Below are positions 44,446-54,085 of a DNA stretch of 63,279 nt, in pieces. The position numbers were made by a program, and so were the translations under genes. Every line of letters begins with the position of its first letter. Within the stretch, counting starts at the first letter, position 1. A model generated the notes under the pieces. The model made no database searches. It was not told the origin of the DNA and was given only the letters and a program-made list of their open reading frames with translations. Source of the stretch: a virus. The stretch is taken from IMG/VR virus record IMGVR_UViG_3300009415_000003. The stretch is one strand, 5' to 3'.

Positions 44446-45208
44446 GCCATTCGCGCTTGATTATATTTTTATTTGATTGATCAACTTTAAATTCTATGAC
44501 TTCTCTGATTTGATTCTCTGTATATTGATTTTGGAGAAGCGTAAGTATGTGGCTGCGAAATGGGATAGAATTTTCAGGATAAGATGTTCCAGCTAATTCA
44601 TTGAGGTACTGTAGACAAAATCCAGCGATCTTTTCATTTTCTGGAATTTCAGATAAAAAATCATCTAAGTTGGTGCATTCAAAAGACAAAAAATCTTTTT
44701 CTTTTTTCTGTTTTTTTCTGTTCTGTTCTGCTCTGTTATTATCTGTTATAGTATTATCTAATATACTTTGTGTATTTATGGCGCCTTTACTCCGACTGAA
44801 ACTATTTAAACTCCGTCCGTTATCGCTTAAATGCTGGATTAATAAAGTTAATGACGGAGCTTCATTTTTTCTTTTTCGGTATGCATCTTCAATTGAGTCA
44901 ACAAATTTCTGTGACCATAAGATATTATCTTGCCATAAATTAGCGTCAAATTCCTTTAGCTTGATGAGCAATTCTATGATACTAATTAAAATAGGCTCAT
45001 CGACTTTAAATTGATCAGCTAAGTACATAATTTGGGTATCATCATCAAAGTCTAAAAAATGATATTCAGCTTTGCCTAATTCTTCTAATAGCATAAACCA
45101 TACAGCATAACCATCATTTCCAAACTTGTTTCTTATCAAATGCATCTTCTTTCCATGATCAGCGTAATGAGGAAAGTATGTCACTGTATTTTTTGGTTTT
45201 CTTGCCAT
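44285..45208 (-). CDS. Replication initiator, DUF4373 (Lin1244/Lin1753-like) / DnaD-like
   Basis: 307 aa. The N-terminal YFPHYADHGKKMHLIRNKFGNDGYAVWFMLLEELG is the DUF4373 signature found in phage replication proteins. Confidence 0.65.
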   Translation of the reverse strand: MARKPKNTVTYFPHYADHGKKMHLIRNKFGNDGYAVWFMLLEELGKAEYHFLDFDDDTQIMYLADQFKVDEPILISIIELLIKLKEFDANLWQDNILWSQKFVDSIEDAYRKRKNEAPSLTLLIQHLSDNGRSLNSFSRSKGAINTQSILDNTITDNNRAEQNRKKQKKEKDFLSFECTNLDDFLSEIPENEKIAGFCLQYLNELAGTSYPENSIPFRSHILTLLQNQYTENQIREVIEFKVDQSNKNIIKREWLAPQTIFNLEKFAKYVESVKDFKSGRNQTIGNKSQELDRRRKDVERLKELGIH

Positions 45209-45218
45209 TTATGATTTG

Positions 45219-45431
45219 TTAGGGTTGAATATTTTTACTTTTTAATAATTTCAAATCATCTTCACTGTAGCAGGCTAACATTACTCTATTGTGATGCTGT
45301 CTTATTATGCCCTCATTCCTATTTTTTAACTTCATGTAGTCACTTTCTTTTATTTCTATGGTAGTGCGCCCATAGAGAGTAAAAGTCTCTCTATGGGCGT
45401 TGTATTGCGTTTTTACGTCATAGAACCTCAT
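45219..45431 (-). CDS. Hypothetical small protein
   Basis: 70-aa ORF. Confidence 0.6.
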   Translation of the reverse strand: MRFYDVKTQYNAHRETFTLYGRTTIEIKESDYMKLKNRNEGIIRQHHNRVMLACYSEDDLKLLKSKNIQP

Positions 45432-47932
45432 GATGCTATGTCGAATAAGGTAGGGACTGATAATTTATATTCTAATGACTTCATATAGAATAATCCATCA
45501 TCATAATAGTCTGGATTTAATTCTGTAGAAATGCATTTACGGTTCATCTGAACTGCTCTATATGCTGTTGAAAATAAGCCTCCAAATGGATCATCAATAA
45601 TATCACCTTCCATACTGTATCGGTTTATCAACCTGTCTATGATGTCAAATTGAAGAGGGCAAATGTGTTTTTCTTTTTTCCTATTTGCTTGATTAGCATT
45701 TAGGGTTTTCATTCTATTTACATCAGTCCATACAAGCTCATTATTTGAGATGGTAGGTAATGTCATGAATAGACTACTTAGCTTTTCACGGGCTTCTAAT
45801 TCTTCACATGATTCTAAATGCTCAATGAATGAATAGACTTCATTCTCATTAAACTCTTTCCATTGATTAAATATCACCTTCATAGATCGCTTATCTAAAT
45901 CATTAGAAGCTAAGAATCTATTTCCATTAGATCTCCAATAAGCATGTGCGTCTAACTGCCAGTTGGCCCTTGTATATTCTTCTTTTGTTTTACTTACTGG
46001 TTCATCAGAGTAAGCATTATTTGACTCAGTGGGAGGCTTCCTAAATAATAGAACATATTCAGGTAAACCTACACCCATCTTAGATCCATCTTTACACTGT
46101 TCACTCCAGCCCAATCTATAGGTCTGATTGTTTTCTCTAACCACATCTGTAGTGATTGTGATTTTTCCAATCAAATAGAATCCATGTTTTTCAAAGTGCT
46201 GGACCGTTTGGCCACTAAAATCTTTGATTGTAGTAAAAGATGTACCATTCTGATAACTGTACCTGATCCTATCTTTTACATGAATCGCTGCGATTCTTCC
46301 AGGCTTCAAAGTTCTTAGTAGTTCAGGTGTTAAATAATCCATCTGCTTAAAGAAATTATCATTTCCATCATTATGACCAAAGTCATTATAGTTATCTGAA
46401 TATTCATAATGATCACCAAATGGTATTGATGTCAAAATCATGTCAGTCGAATCACTATCCATTTCCTTATGTGTGATTGTTGTATCATTATTAAAAAGAG
46501 TACAACCTAAGACTTCACTGGATCTTGGATTGTTAAATATTTTACGTTTCATGTCTGCTGATATTTTATCATTATTTAATCCGTATTCTCTTACTATGTT
46601 GATCATTTCAGTCTGTAGATTGATATGGTTTTTCCATTTCATTTTTAACTTTTTCAAGACATCATACTCATTATTCGTAAAGATGATATACACATTGACT
46701 TCATGATTCTGATTGAATCTATATGTCCTGTGAAGTGCTTGTATAAAATTATTGAACTTATAATCTATTCCTACATAGATTACATTATGGCAATGCTTTT
46801 GAAAATTACATCCTGATCCAGCTATGCTTGGTTTTGTCGATAAGATCTTGAAACGGCCATTCTTAAAATCGTTTAGGTTTTTTTCCTTTAGGTCGTTTTT
46901 CTGAGAACCATAGACAGATCTTAAATCATAGTCTTTAAATACCTTAGTTATTTCTTCTCGTTCTTTCTCTCGATGGTGCCATAATATCCAATGATTATCA
47001 GGATCAGCGTCTACTAATTCTTTTGCCTTTTGAACTCTTATTTTTAAAGAGCTGGACTTTTCTTTAGAAGTAGCTGTAAGGCTTGTTTTATTTTTAGTGT
47101 ATAGTGTAACTTGGCCCCGATCATCTACATAAGATTCATCTTGAATATTCTTAACTTCAATATCATGAACGTGCATTTTAGGTAGGTCATAGCCTTTGTC
47201 ATCATATCCTAAATCTGATGGCTTATTGATGAATATGGCCCAAGTAGACACCCACATCCAAAACTCTTGTTTTTTATTTTCATAGAGTTTCAAATTTCCA
47301 GCCTTAGTTGAATCTCTTTGAAAGAATCTGGTTAAGGCGTGTCCTCTATCTATAACTCCTAAATAGTCTGCATAATTTAATATCTCTATGTAGTCATTAG
47401 GTGTCGGTGTTGCTGTTGCTACAAATCTATAAGGAACTTTAGTAAAATGATCTAATACATAATTAGTGGTTTGAGATCCTAAGGATCTAAGACAACTCGC
47501 TTCATCGAATGATACACCACCGAAAACAGAAGCATCTATATCGCCTTTTCTGATGCGCTCATAATTAGTTAGATAGATTTTCTTTTCCCAGTTAGTTACA
47601 CTATCTGTATCTGTTATGTATTCTAATTCTATATCAGTCGATAGAAGCGTTAAGTCATCTTTAAATTCACCTATGACTCCGAGAGGTAAACAGACTAAGA
47701 AAGGCTTTTTTGTTTTTCTAATTACTTGGATAGCTATCTCCAGTTGCATTATTGTTTTACCTAATCCAAATGATGCAAATATTGCTCTACGACCTCCATT
47801 TAGTGACCATTTTACTATATCGCTTTGATGAGGCTTTAAGATGGGGTCCATAGATTTATTACGAATATCAAAACCGTATTTTTCAGCTACGACAATCTTT
47901 GACTCTAAAAACTCTTTATACTGCATGGTCAT
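45428..47932 (-). CDS. SNF2/DEAD-like helicase fused to N6/N4 DNA methyltransferase
   Basis: 834 aa. Helicase motifs: I ASFGLGKT, II FDEASCL, and V/VI ..STKPSIAGSGCNFQ..ALHRTYRFNQ. The C-terminal methyltransferase has motif IV-like TSIPFG followed by motif I DDPFGGLFST (beta-class order). Confidence 0.75.
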   Translation of the reverse strand: MTMQYKEFLESKIVVAEKYGFDIRNKSMDPILKPHQSDIVKWSLNGGRRAIFASFGLGKTIMQLEIAIQVIRKTKKPFLVCLPLGVIGEFKDDLTLLSTDIELEYITDTDSVTNWEKKIYLTNYERIRKGDIDASVFGGVSFDEASCLRSLGSQTTNYVLDHFTKVPYRFVATATPTPNDYIEILNYADYLGVIDRGHALTRFFQRDSTKAGNLKLYENKKQEFWMWVSTWAIFINKPSDLGYDDKGYDLPKMHVHDIEVKNIQDESYVDDRGQVTLYTKNKTSLTATSKEKSSSLKIRVQKAKELVDADPDNHWILWHHREKEREEITKVFKDYDLRSVYGSQKNDLKEKNLNDFKNGRFKILSTKPSIAGSGCNFQKHCHNVIYVGIDYKFNNFIQALHRTYRFNQNHEVNVYIIFTNNEYDVLKKLKMKWKNHINLQTEMINIVREYGLNNDKISADMKRKIFNNPRSSEVLGCTLFNNDTTITHKEMDSDSTDMILTSIPFGDHYEYSDNYNDFGHNDGNDNFFKQMDYLTPELLRTLKPGRIAAIHVKDRIRYSYQNGTSFTTIKDFSGQTVQHFEKHGFYLIGKITITTDVVRENNQTYRLGWSEQCKDGSKMGVGLPEYVLLFRKPPTESNNAYSDEPVSKTKEEYTRANWQLDAHAYWRSNGNRFLASNDLDKRSMKVIFNQWKEFNENEVYSFIEHLESCEELEAREKLSSLFMTLPTISNNELVWTDVNRMKTLNANQANRKKEKHICPLQFDIIDRLINRYSMEGDIIDDPFGGLFSTAYRAVQMNRKCISTELNPDYYDDGLFYMKSLEYKLSVPTLFDIAS

Positions 47933-48140
47933 TAATTCTATTGTGAGTGATAGGGTTTGCTTCTTTTCTAAGTTTATTTAATTTAACAGCATTGATAATC
48001 TCAAACCTATTAGCGATGTAATATCTCTGTGTTGTCTTTCGGTATTCGTCTTTTTTCTTAGCTCTATTTGCTTTCATTTGTGCCTTATGCTTTTCTTTAT
48101 TTTTCTGATACCAATCTGCTTTGTATTGCTTTGATGTCAT
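47916..48140 (-). CDS. Basic small protein
   Basis: 74-aa Lys/Arg-rich ORF. Confidence 0.6.
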   Translation of the reverse strand: MTSKQYKADWYQKNKEKHKAQMKANRAKKKDEYRKTTQRYYIANRFEIINAVKLNKLRKEANPITHNRINDHAV

Positions 48141-48169
48141 ATTGCGAATATTTAATGTAGATAAATGCG

Positions 48170-48499
48170 CTATTTCTTGCTGTAGTAATTACAATTAGTT
48201 CCATGAGCTTTAACATTCTTAGTCTTACCTACATGAGTGAACTGTATGATATTCTGTTTCATGGCTTTTCTCATAATGCTTCCAAAAGCTCTGCCATTAA
48301 TCTTAGATAGGTCTATGTGGTCGCTGCAATATTCTCTAAAGTCGCTGCACTCAAATAAACCTTCTGGATTGTACTGTCTCAATAACTCCAGTATCTTATC
48401 TGAAAAGTTATCTATCTGTTTTTCTGCTTTGTCTATGGCTAAATTTATGCCTGTCTTTGCAGCTTCTTTAGACTCGAACATGTTTAGTTGTAGTGTCAT
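48170..48499 (-). CDS. Hypothetical protein
   Basis: 109-aa ORF. Confidence 0.65.
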   Translation of the reverse strand: MTLQLNMFESKEAAKTGINLAIDKAEKQIDNFSDKILELLRQYNPEGLFECSDFREYCSDHIDLSKINGRAFGSIMRKAMKQNIIQFTHVGKTKNVKAHGTNCNYYSKK

Positions 48500-48500
48500 G

Positions 48501-48857
48501 TCAATCTAATAATGTTTTGTAATGAGTGATGACTTTCTCCATTTTAAATATGTAGTACAAATTGAAGTCTTCATACCCTTCATTGTCTTGATCCCATAGC
48601 CTGTAAAAAACTGATCTAAGTCTTTTTGATGGCGTTTTCCCTTTTGGCATTTCGATATTGAATTGTAGCTCATCGAATTGCTCAATCTGTTCGTCTGTAT
48701 ATTCTTCACCTTTAAATGCAAAGAATCCTGATACGTTTTGACTTGTCATTAATTGGCCAGACTTTTCTGGACCTAACTCCATTGTCTCTACTGTAACTTT
48801 TATTGATCGATCCTTTAAGGTTTCAATCTTTGCGATGTGTCCTGGAAATATGATCAT
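48501..48857 (-). CDS. Hypothetical protein in the recombination module
   Basis: 118-aa ORF next to ssb. Confidence 0.65.
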   Translation of the reverse strand: MIIFPGHIAKIETLKDRSIKVTVETMELGPEKSGQLMTSQNVSGFFAFKGEEYTDEQIEQFDELQFNIEMPKGKTPSKRLRSVFYRLWDQDNEGYEDFNLYYIFKMEKVITHYKTLLD

Positions 48858-48859
48858 AA

Positions 48860-49258
48860 TTAAAAAGGAAGATCCGATTCGTCTTTAATTTGATTCGTTG
48901 GTTCCTCTACTGGTGGACCTGAATAAGAACCTGTACTCTCTGATCTTTCTAAGCTCCTAATTTGTCGAGCTACAATATCAGTTGCGTATTTCTTAACTCC
49001 ATTTTGATCTTCCCAACTTCGATATTTGATCTTTCCATCAATGAATACTTTGTCGCCTTTTTTTAGGTTGCCCACTGAGTCCCTGTTGTAGATTGTCACT
49101 GTATGCCAATCTGTATTCTTTACCCATTCGCCTGATGTCTTATCTTTATAGTTGTCAGCAGTTGCTACGGATAGCCTATGAGCAAATCCACCAGAATCAA
49201 ATATTTTCTTTTCTGGATCTGCTCCAAGATTTCCAATTAGTGTTACTTTGTTTATCAT
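48860..49258 (-). CDS. ssb: Single-stranded DNA-binding protein
   Basis: 132 aa with an OB-fold N-terminus MINKVTLIGNLGADPE, ..TDWHTV.., and the acidic tip DESDLPF. Confidence 0.85.
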   Translation of the reverse strand: MINKVTLIGNLGADPEKKIFDSGGFAHRLSVATADNYKDKTSGEWVKNTDWHTVTIYNRDSVGNLKKGDKVFIDGKIKYRSWEDQNGVKKYATDIVARQIRSLERSESTGSYSGPPVEEPTNQIKDESDLPF

Positions 49259-49262
49259 TTAT

Positions 49263-49655
49263 TTAATATTTTTTACCGTGTTTATATTCTCTTAGTGAAT
49301 TGAATCGCATTTTAGCCTTAATATGAGACTCTAAGTCTATTCCTTTAAATGCAGATAAGTCCATAACTCGAATCATAATATCTGCAAGCTCATCTTCAAA
49401 TGTGTCTTTAACGTCTAATTTAAATAGATGCTCAAATGTCATGTCGTCTTCATGCTGAATATCCTGATACGTAGTGCTGCCATCCTGATCATAAGGCTCA
49501 TGAAGGTCACAGTGATTACCGACCCTATCAGATTCACAAGCTTCTGCAACTTCTGTGACAATAAGCATAAGCATTTCACCTATGTTCTTTTCATCTTCGT
49601 AGAATCCATTCTTCTTATTTATTTCATGTATATCCTTACTTAGTTGATTTATCAT
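49263..49655 (-). CDS. mazG: MazG-like nucleotide pyrophosphohydrolase
   Basis: 130 aa with the paired acidic helices ..LIVTEVAEACESDR.. and ..DELADIMIRVMDL.., and the C-terminal ..FNSLREYKHGKKY. Confidence 0.65.
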   Translation of the reverse strand: MINQLSKDIHEINKKNGFYEDEKNIGEMLMLIVTEVAEACESDRVGNHCDLHEPYDQDGSTTYQDIQHEDDMTFEHLFKLDVKDTFEDELADIMIRVMDLSAFKGIDLESHIKAKMRFNSLREYKHGKKY

Positions 49656-49707
49656 TAATTATGTTTTAAATGTTATTGAATGTGATTTGATATTAAATGC
49701 TTCATGA

Positions 49708-50676
49708 TTAAGCTGCTACTTTATCAATTATTTCTTGAATCTTATTCAACTGTTTTTCATTGAATTTATATCCTTCCTTTTCCATATCATCAAATACATC
49801 TGTATATCCTTCTCTGTACTTTATTTCCCAACTTGCAAATATGGTATTGGTTACTGGTTTAGCTGTTTTTTCTACTTTAGCATCCTCAAACATTGAAGCA
49901 GCTTTATCTACTTTAGATTCATCAACTTTATCATTATCTACATAGTCATATCCTTTATCTGTTATTACCGCCTGATCTGATGCGATTGCATCAGATAGTT
50001 TCTCGTATGCATTATCTATTGATAGTGGAGCATACTTTGATAAAAGAAGCTTTAAGACAGTCTTTGATGCCATTGAATCAAAATCTGTTTTCCAGTTAGA
50101 ATCATTTCTACTATAGCTTTTTGAATACTTAGCTGCATGATCAGTTAATTTCTGAATAGACATATAGCTGGTTTTTTCAAAGCCATTCAGCAATTTGAAA
50201 TATGCCATATATCCTACAACTGGCTTGTCTATTCTTTCATCATCTTCTAACCATTCAATATCAAAATCTCCAGTTAATCTATCTACTCTCCTGATTTCTG
50301 ATTGCCTGACATCTGTGACATTTATTGTTTTAAATTGTCCTGTCCTCATAGCAAGCTGAACAAAGCCCTTCCATCCTGTTTGATATTGAGCTTCTAATAC
50401 TTCATCCCATTTACCTTTATCATCTTTAAATTTTCTTTTATAAGGTATGATCCAAGCAAAGCCTAAGTTCTGATCTACTGGTAAGCCTAAAGATGTAGCC
50501 TTTAAACAAGCATACATTAAGCTTGATGGTGTACATTTCTGAAGCTTATTATTGCTCGATACAATTGATACTAAATTTGTAACAAACTGCTCTTTTCTTG
50601 CACCTAATACTTCTGATAAATATTGAGTTACTTTAGAGTTAGTTATGTATGAATTAAATTGCTGTAGTTGAGACAT
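49708..50676 (-). CDS. recT: RecT-family single-strand annealing protein
   Basis: 322 aa. ..PSSLMYACLKATSLGLPVDQNLGFAWIIPY...QTGWKGFVQLAMRTGQF.. fits the RecT pattern. It is paired with an upstream exonuclease. Confidence 0.8.
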   Translation of the reverse strand: MSQLQQFNSYITNSKVTQYLSEVLGARKEQFVTNLVSIVSSNNKLQKCTPSSLMYACLKATSLGLPVDQNLGFAWIIPYKRKFKDDKGKWDEVLEAQYQTGWKGFVQLAMRTGQFKTINVTDVRQSEIRRVDRLTGDFDIEWLEDDERIDKPVVGYMAYFKLLNGFEKTSYMSIQKLTDHAAKYSKSYSRNDSNWKTDFDSMASKTVLKLLLSKYAPLSIDNAYEKLSDAIASDQAVITDKGYDYVDNDKVDESKVDKAASMFEDAKVEKTAKPVTNTIFASWEIKYREGYTDVFDDMEKEGYKFNEKQLNKIQEIIDKVAA

Positions 50677-51632
50677 TATTTATTGATTTTAATTGCGATA
50701 GTTGATTTTACATTTGATGATTTGTAGAACTTTGTCCAATCTTTAGGATGAGCTTTTTTGACTGCTTCTGCACTAACTGATTGTCTTACAAATGAATCCT
50801 TATAGCTGATCGTGAATTGTGGAGTCTTGATAGATTTAATACCGTTATCCTCCATGTTCTGCTTTAGTGATTCTTTGAAGGATGCTATTCTTTCTTCTGC
50901 ATACTGTTTAAGCATCAGAGCGTCGTTTAAAGTTGCTATAGCTTCTATTTGATTAGATTCCTGTTCGCTTAGTTGTAAGACTTCTTTTTCTTCGTAGACT
51001 GGTATATCATCCCATGCCTCATCTAATTTTTGATAGCCCTCTTGTAGCATTTCAACTAACAAATCTAATGTGCCATGATCAAAATAGTGGTATGATAATT
51101 TGTCTGGATCGTACTTGTAGTTGTCTGGTGTTTGGTAAATATCATTTGTATCGTAATGAACTAAAACGAGTACTGCATCAGTTAATTCATCCATAATCAA
51201 CTTATGCTGTGCTAATTGTGCTTGATACTTTTGCTTTGTTGCACTGATACTATCTTTAGTTGCCTTTACTTCATGCCAATATTCTATTTTCTTCTGACGC
51301 TCAATGACATCAATGTGATTTGATACAACAAAGTTTTTAAATATTTTTACTGGTAATGATCTATAGGGATTACTTTCTTTATCCATTGTTTCTAATGACA
51401 TAAAATAATCCTCTTCTACATTATCCCCTAAGTCGAAATATTTAGAGTGGATTTCAAGTCTATTGGCTTCACCTTTTATTTCTGCTATCCTACGAAGTAA
51501 GACGTTATTCATTTCGCCTGTTGCAGCATAGTGGATGATAGCTGACGCATCACTACTGCCAAATCCTTTTAATCTTTTACTGGAGTCTGCTTTTTTAGCG
51601 ACTGCCATTTTTGTTATAGTTGCTGTTGACAT
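50676..51632 (-). CDS. YqaJ/lambda-exonuclease-like PD-(D/E)XK recombination exonuclease
   Basis: 318 aa with GFGSSDASAII and a D..E.K arrangement (HIDVIE...HEVKATK). Its stop overlaps the recT start. Confidence 0.6.
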   Translation of the reverse strand: MSTATITKMAVAKKADSSKRLKGFGSSDASAIIHYAATGEMNNVLLRRIAEIKGEANRLEIHSKYFDLGDNVEEDYFMSLETMDKESNPYRSLPVKIFKNFVVSNHIDVIERQKKIEYWHEVKATKDSISATKQKYQAQLAQHKLIMDELTDAVLVLVHYDTNDIYQTPDNYKYDPDKLSYHYFDHGTLDLLVEMLQEGYQKLDEAWDDIPVYEEKEVLQLSEQESNQIEAIATLNDALMLKQYAEERIASFKESLKQNMEDNGIKSIKTPQFTISYKDSFVRQSVSAEAVKKAHPKDWTKFYKSSNVKSTIAIKINK

Positions 51633-51663
51633 AATATTTTTATTTAAGTTGATTTATTTGTCG

Positions 51664-51704
51664 TTCAAAAACTCTGGCTTTCACTATTCAGCTAATCACC
51701 AGAG
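51664..51704 (-). terminator. Hairpin terminator
   Basis: On the - strand, CUCUGG-(21 nt)-CCAGAG is followed by UUUUUGAA, 25 nt after the stop at 51729. Confidence 0.45.
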
Positions 51705-51728
51705 AACAATATGAACAACTTTATTTTT

Positions 51729-52310
51729 TTAAAATGGCATTGAAAAATAATGACTGCTACCACCTGAAAAATATGATTGGGCTGCCAATACTGGATTTAA
51801 AATCTCCATCTTTTTCATGGCTTCATCTTGTTTAAATCTATATTCATTAGATTTTCTTTCAATTGCTTTTTGCATTAAGCAATCTATAGGTTCTATCTCA
51901 GCACCCCAACGAGCAATTATATACATGTTATCATCATTTGTTGTGGATGGATATTTATCGTAATTATGCCCTATTAGAACTGGATCAGGTGCTTGATCAT
52001 CAGCCCATATCCTAAGATGCTTGAAGTATTTTTCTTTTTCGCAAAGTGCAATTAAAGAAAGAACCTCTAATGGAATTGGGGTTTTATCGTACTCTCTATA
52101 GCTATAGTTACGTGGGCATAATGTAGACCACATTCTTAGCATTGATGTATTTAAGTGTTCAAATGGAATTGGGCTTGAGTCTTTTTCCCCACCTACTAAA
52201 TTTAGTTGATTCTCAAGACCTAATTCTTCACACTTAGTTTTCCATTCATCTAATTGTGCAACATCTGTAATAAGATCCTTTGTGTCTTCGATAATAAAAG
52301 TTTCTACCAT
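51729..52310 (-). CDS. Hypothetical protein (start revised)
   Basis: The track ORF (to 52463) reads through a terminator-like hairpin. The ATG at 52310 gives 193 aa (MVETFIIEDTKDL...). Confidence 0.6.
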   Translation of the reverse strand: MVETFIIEDTKDLITDVAQLDEWKTKCEELGLENQLNLVGGEKDSSPIPFEHLNTSMLRMWSTLCPRNYSYREYDKTPIPLEVLSLIALCEKEKYFKHLRIWADDQAPDPVLIGHNYDKYPSTTNDDNMYIIARWGAEIEPIDCLMQKAIERKSNEYRFKQDEAMKKMEILNPVLAAQSYFSGGSSHYFSMPF

Positions 52311-52324
52311 GTTTATTTTTTTTA

Positions 52325-52400
52325 GTTTTTTATAAAAAAAAGCGGCCCCGTCTTTGAATAAATGCCACATACACAATAATGTGATATTAAGGGCCGCTTT
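52325..52400 (-). terminator. Large-loop GC-rich hairpin terminator
   Basis: Perfect 10-bp arms AAAGCGGCCC/GGGCCGCTTT (52339-52348 and 52391-52400) with a 42-nt loop, followed on the - strand by U7. Confidence 0.55.
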
Positions 52401-52521
52401 ATTGATCTCTACTTTTAGAGAAGCTACATTCTCATTATCTTGAATACCACGATTAGAAAACATATGATGGCCATCATTCTCATCAGGCTGGTTTCAACAA
52501 TAGCGTCTAATCGGTTTTGAT

Positions 52522-52716
52522 TCATTGTATGAGTTTTGCGATTTTTAAAATCTTTACATTATTGATGACCATTTTACATTCTATCTTTAGCTCTTTAGCT
52601 ATATCAGAAAGGCTATATCCTTGAGTCACCATTTCTAAAATCTTGCATCTTGTTTCATTCCTAAGTACAACTTCCTGATGCTTTTTAATACGTTTCTGTT
52701 CAATTGCAGTATTCAT
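52522..52716 (-). CDS. Small helix-turn-helix protein
   Basis: 64 aa. ..GYSLSDIAKELKIECKMVINNVK.. is HTH-like. Confidence 0.55.
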   Translation of the reverse strand: MNTAIEQKRIKKHQEVVLRNETRCKILEMVTQGYSLSDIAKELKIECKMVINNVKILKIAKLIQ

Positions 52717-52728
52717 ATTTTTGATTAT

Positions 52729-53100
52729 TTAATTTAAATTAATGGCAGGACGATATTCTAATACTAACTCAGTCATAATCTTGTGTACTTCTTTAGGGTA
52801 CTTTTCTAATAGTCTTGAAGGTGGGCAGTCTGGATTTCCGATGTATGTAATTCCAAGCGTTCCTGCATGTTTAAATCTTCCTGCATTTTCGAGGATAATT
52901 TCTAAATGATGTAGGAATATTTCAGCATTTATTTTTTCGACTTTCAAATGTATACCATCGTAATATTCAATCTCATAAAACCATACTTCAATATCTTTAA
53001 TGGTTCTATAATCTTGAGATATCGACAGAACATGGAATCCGCCTATTTCAAATATCTTTTGTAGTTCTATCATATTATTTTTTTTATTAGACAGGGACAT
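52729..53100 (-). CDS. Hypothetical protein
   Basis: 123-aa ORF. Confidence 0.65.
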   Translation of the reverse strand: MSLSNKKNNMIELQKIFEIGGFHVLSISQDYRTIKDIEVWFYEIEYYDGIHLKVEKINAEIFLHHLEIILENAGRFKHAGTLGITYIGNPDCPPSRLLEKYPKEVHKIMTELVLEYRPAINLN

Positions 53101-53164
53101 ATCTATGGCACCCTTATCTATGTGATAGACTGGACTATCTTACTTTCCAATCATGATTTAGTTA

Positions 53165-53195
53165 CTTAAAAACATGAGGCTATAAAACCTCATGT
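53165..53195 (-). terminator. Intrinsic terminator
   Basis: On the - strand, ACAUGAGG-(8 nt)-CCUCAUGU is followed by UUUUUAAG. Confidence 0.6.
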
Positions 53196-53220
53196 GTGAT
53201 TCCGAAAATCAATTCAGATA

Positions 53221-53640
53221 TCATGCTCCTTTTGGGTAATTCATTAGATCTTCCAAAGCTTTATCATGATTTGCTTCTGCTTTATGCAACATGATTATAT
53301 TGTTTCGTAGATCAGTTCTATTTTCAGATAGTCTAAATGCCATAGCAGCCGATAGAATCGCTAAACGTGCTTTTTGGACATCTGCTATAAGATTCTGGAA
53401 TGGCATTTTTGGTTTAGCCAAATTGTTATCCTTGATAAACTCAACGATATATTTATCTGTCTCATTAGCAAATTTCCATTCTGCTTCATCATTGCTTATG
53501 ACAAAGGTGTCTGCTATGTGGTTGATGACATCTTCGCCATCAATAGCGATTATTCGCCATGGATCGTTTTGAGTAAAGCAGATTGCTACTTCGTATTCAA
53601 GTGTATCTACTTCTTCTACATTGTAATCGAAAAAATTCAT
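53221..53640 (-). CDS. Hypothetical protein
   Basis: 139-aa ORF. Confidence 0.7.
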   Translation of the reverse strand: MNFFDYNVEEVDTLEYEVAICFTQNDPWRIIAIDGEDVINHIADTFVISNDEAEWKFANETDKYIVEFIKDNNLAKPKMPFQNLIADVQKARLAILSAAMAFRLSENRTDLRNNIIMLHKAEANHDKALEDLMNYPKGA

Positions 53641-53735
53641 ATCTTTGTTTTTTATTTGCGAAAAAATTATGGCTCAGATCATTCCCTTGATTTGGGCCTT
53701 TTTGATTTGTTATGTTATTGCCAGCCTCCATTATA

Positions 53736-53972
53736 CTAATCAGCATATTGGCTGATTCTTTCATTATAGACTATCTTCATAGCTCTTATAATACTTCCGA
53801 GCTGAGCAGGATTTTTAAGCCTACCTGCTCGCGCATTGGTGTATGTTCTATATTTTACTTTAGCTAGTTCAGCTATTCTTCTACCGCTGCCATGTACAAC
53901 ATCTGAATACTTAGCTGACTCTATAGCGAATTCGCTATTGCTTAGTAGTGTGTATTCTTCATTAGTAATCAT
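53736..53972 (-). CDS. Early helix-turn-helix regulator (Cro/CI-like)
   Basis: 78 aa. ..SGRRIAELAKVKYRTYTNARAG.. is HTH-like. It is the first gene of the leftward early operon. Confidence 0.55.
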   Translation of the reverse strand: MITNEEYTLLSNSEFAIESAKYSDVVHGSGRRIAELAKVKYRTYTNARAGRLKNPAQLGSIIRAMKIVYNERISQYAD

Positions 53973-53976
53973 ACGT

Positions 53977-54008
53977 CAAATGTAAAACTAAATATTCATA
54001 ATGTCAAA
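53977..54008 (-). promoter_or_regulatory. Leftward early promoter TTTG-N20-TACATTTG
   Basis: On the - strand, TTTG (54005-54008) is followed by 20 nt and then TACATTTG (53977-53984). The -7 box ends 4 nt (53973-53976) before the ATG at 53972. Confidence 0.6.
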
Positions 54009-54085
54009 TAAGATTGAGTGAAATATTTTACAATTACCTGTGAAATGTTAAATTTTAAAAAAAACGTAAATAAATCCTCTAAAAG

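Noticed and set aside
48506-48721. 71-aa alternative-frame ORF inside 48501..48857 (likewise 61524..61736, 19263..19469, 12392..12574)
   Set aside because: These are same-strand nested frames within longer, better-supported ORFs, with no separate start signals.
53374-53739. 121-aa + strand ORF (and 53291..53572) opposite 53221..53640
   Set aside because: It lies antisense to a well-formed - strand gene that has a terminator and start context. Its translation is hydrophobic and low in complexity.
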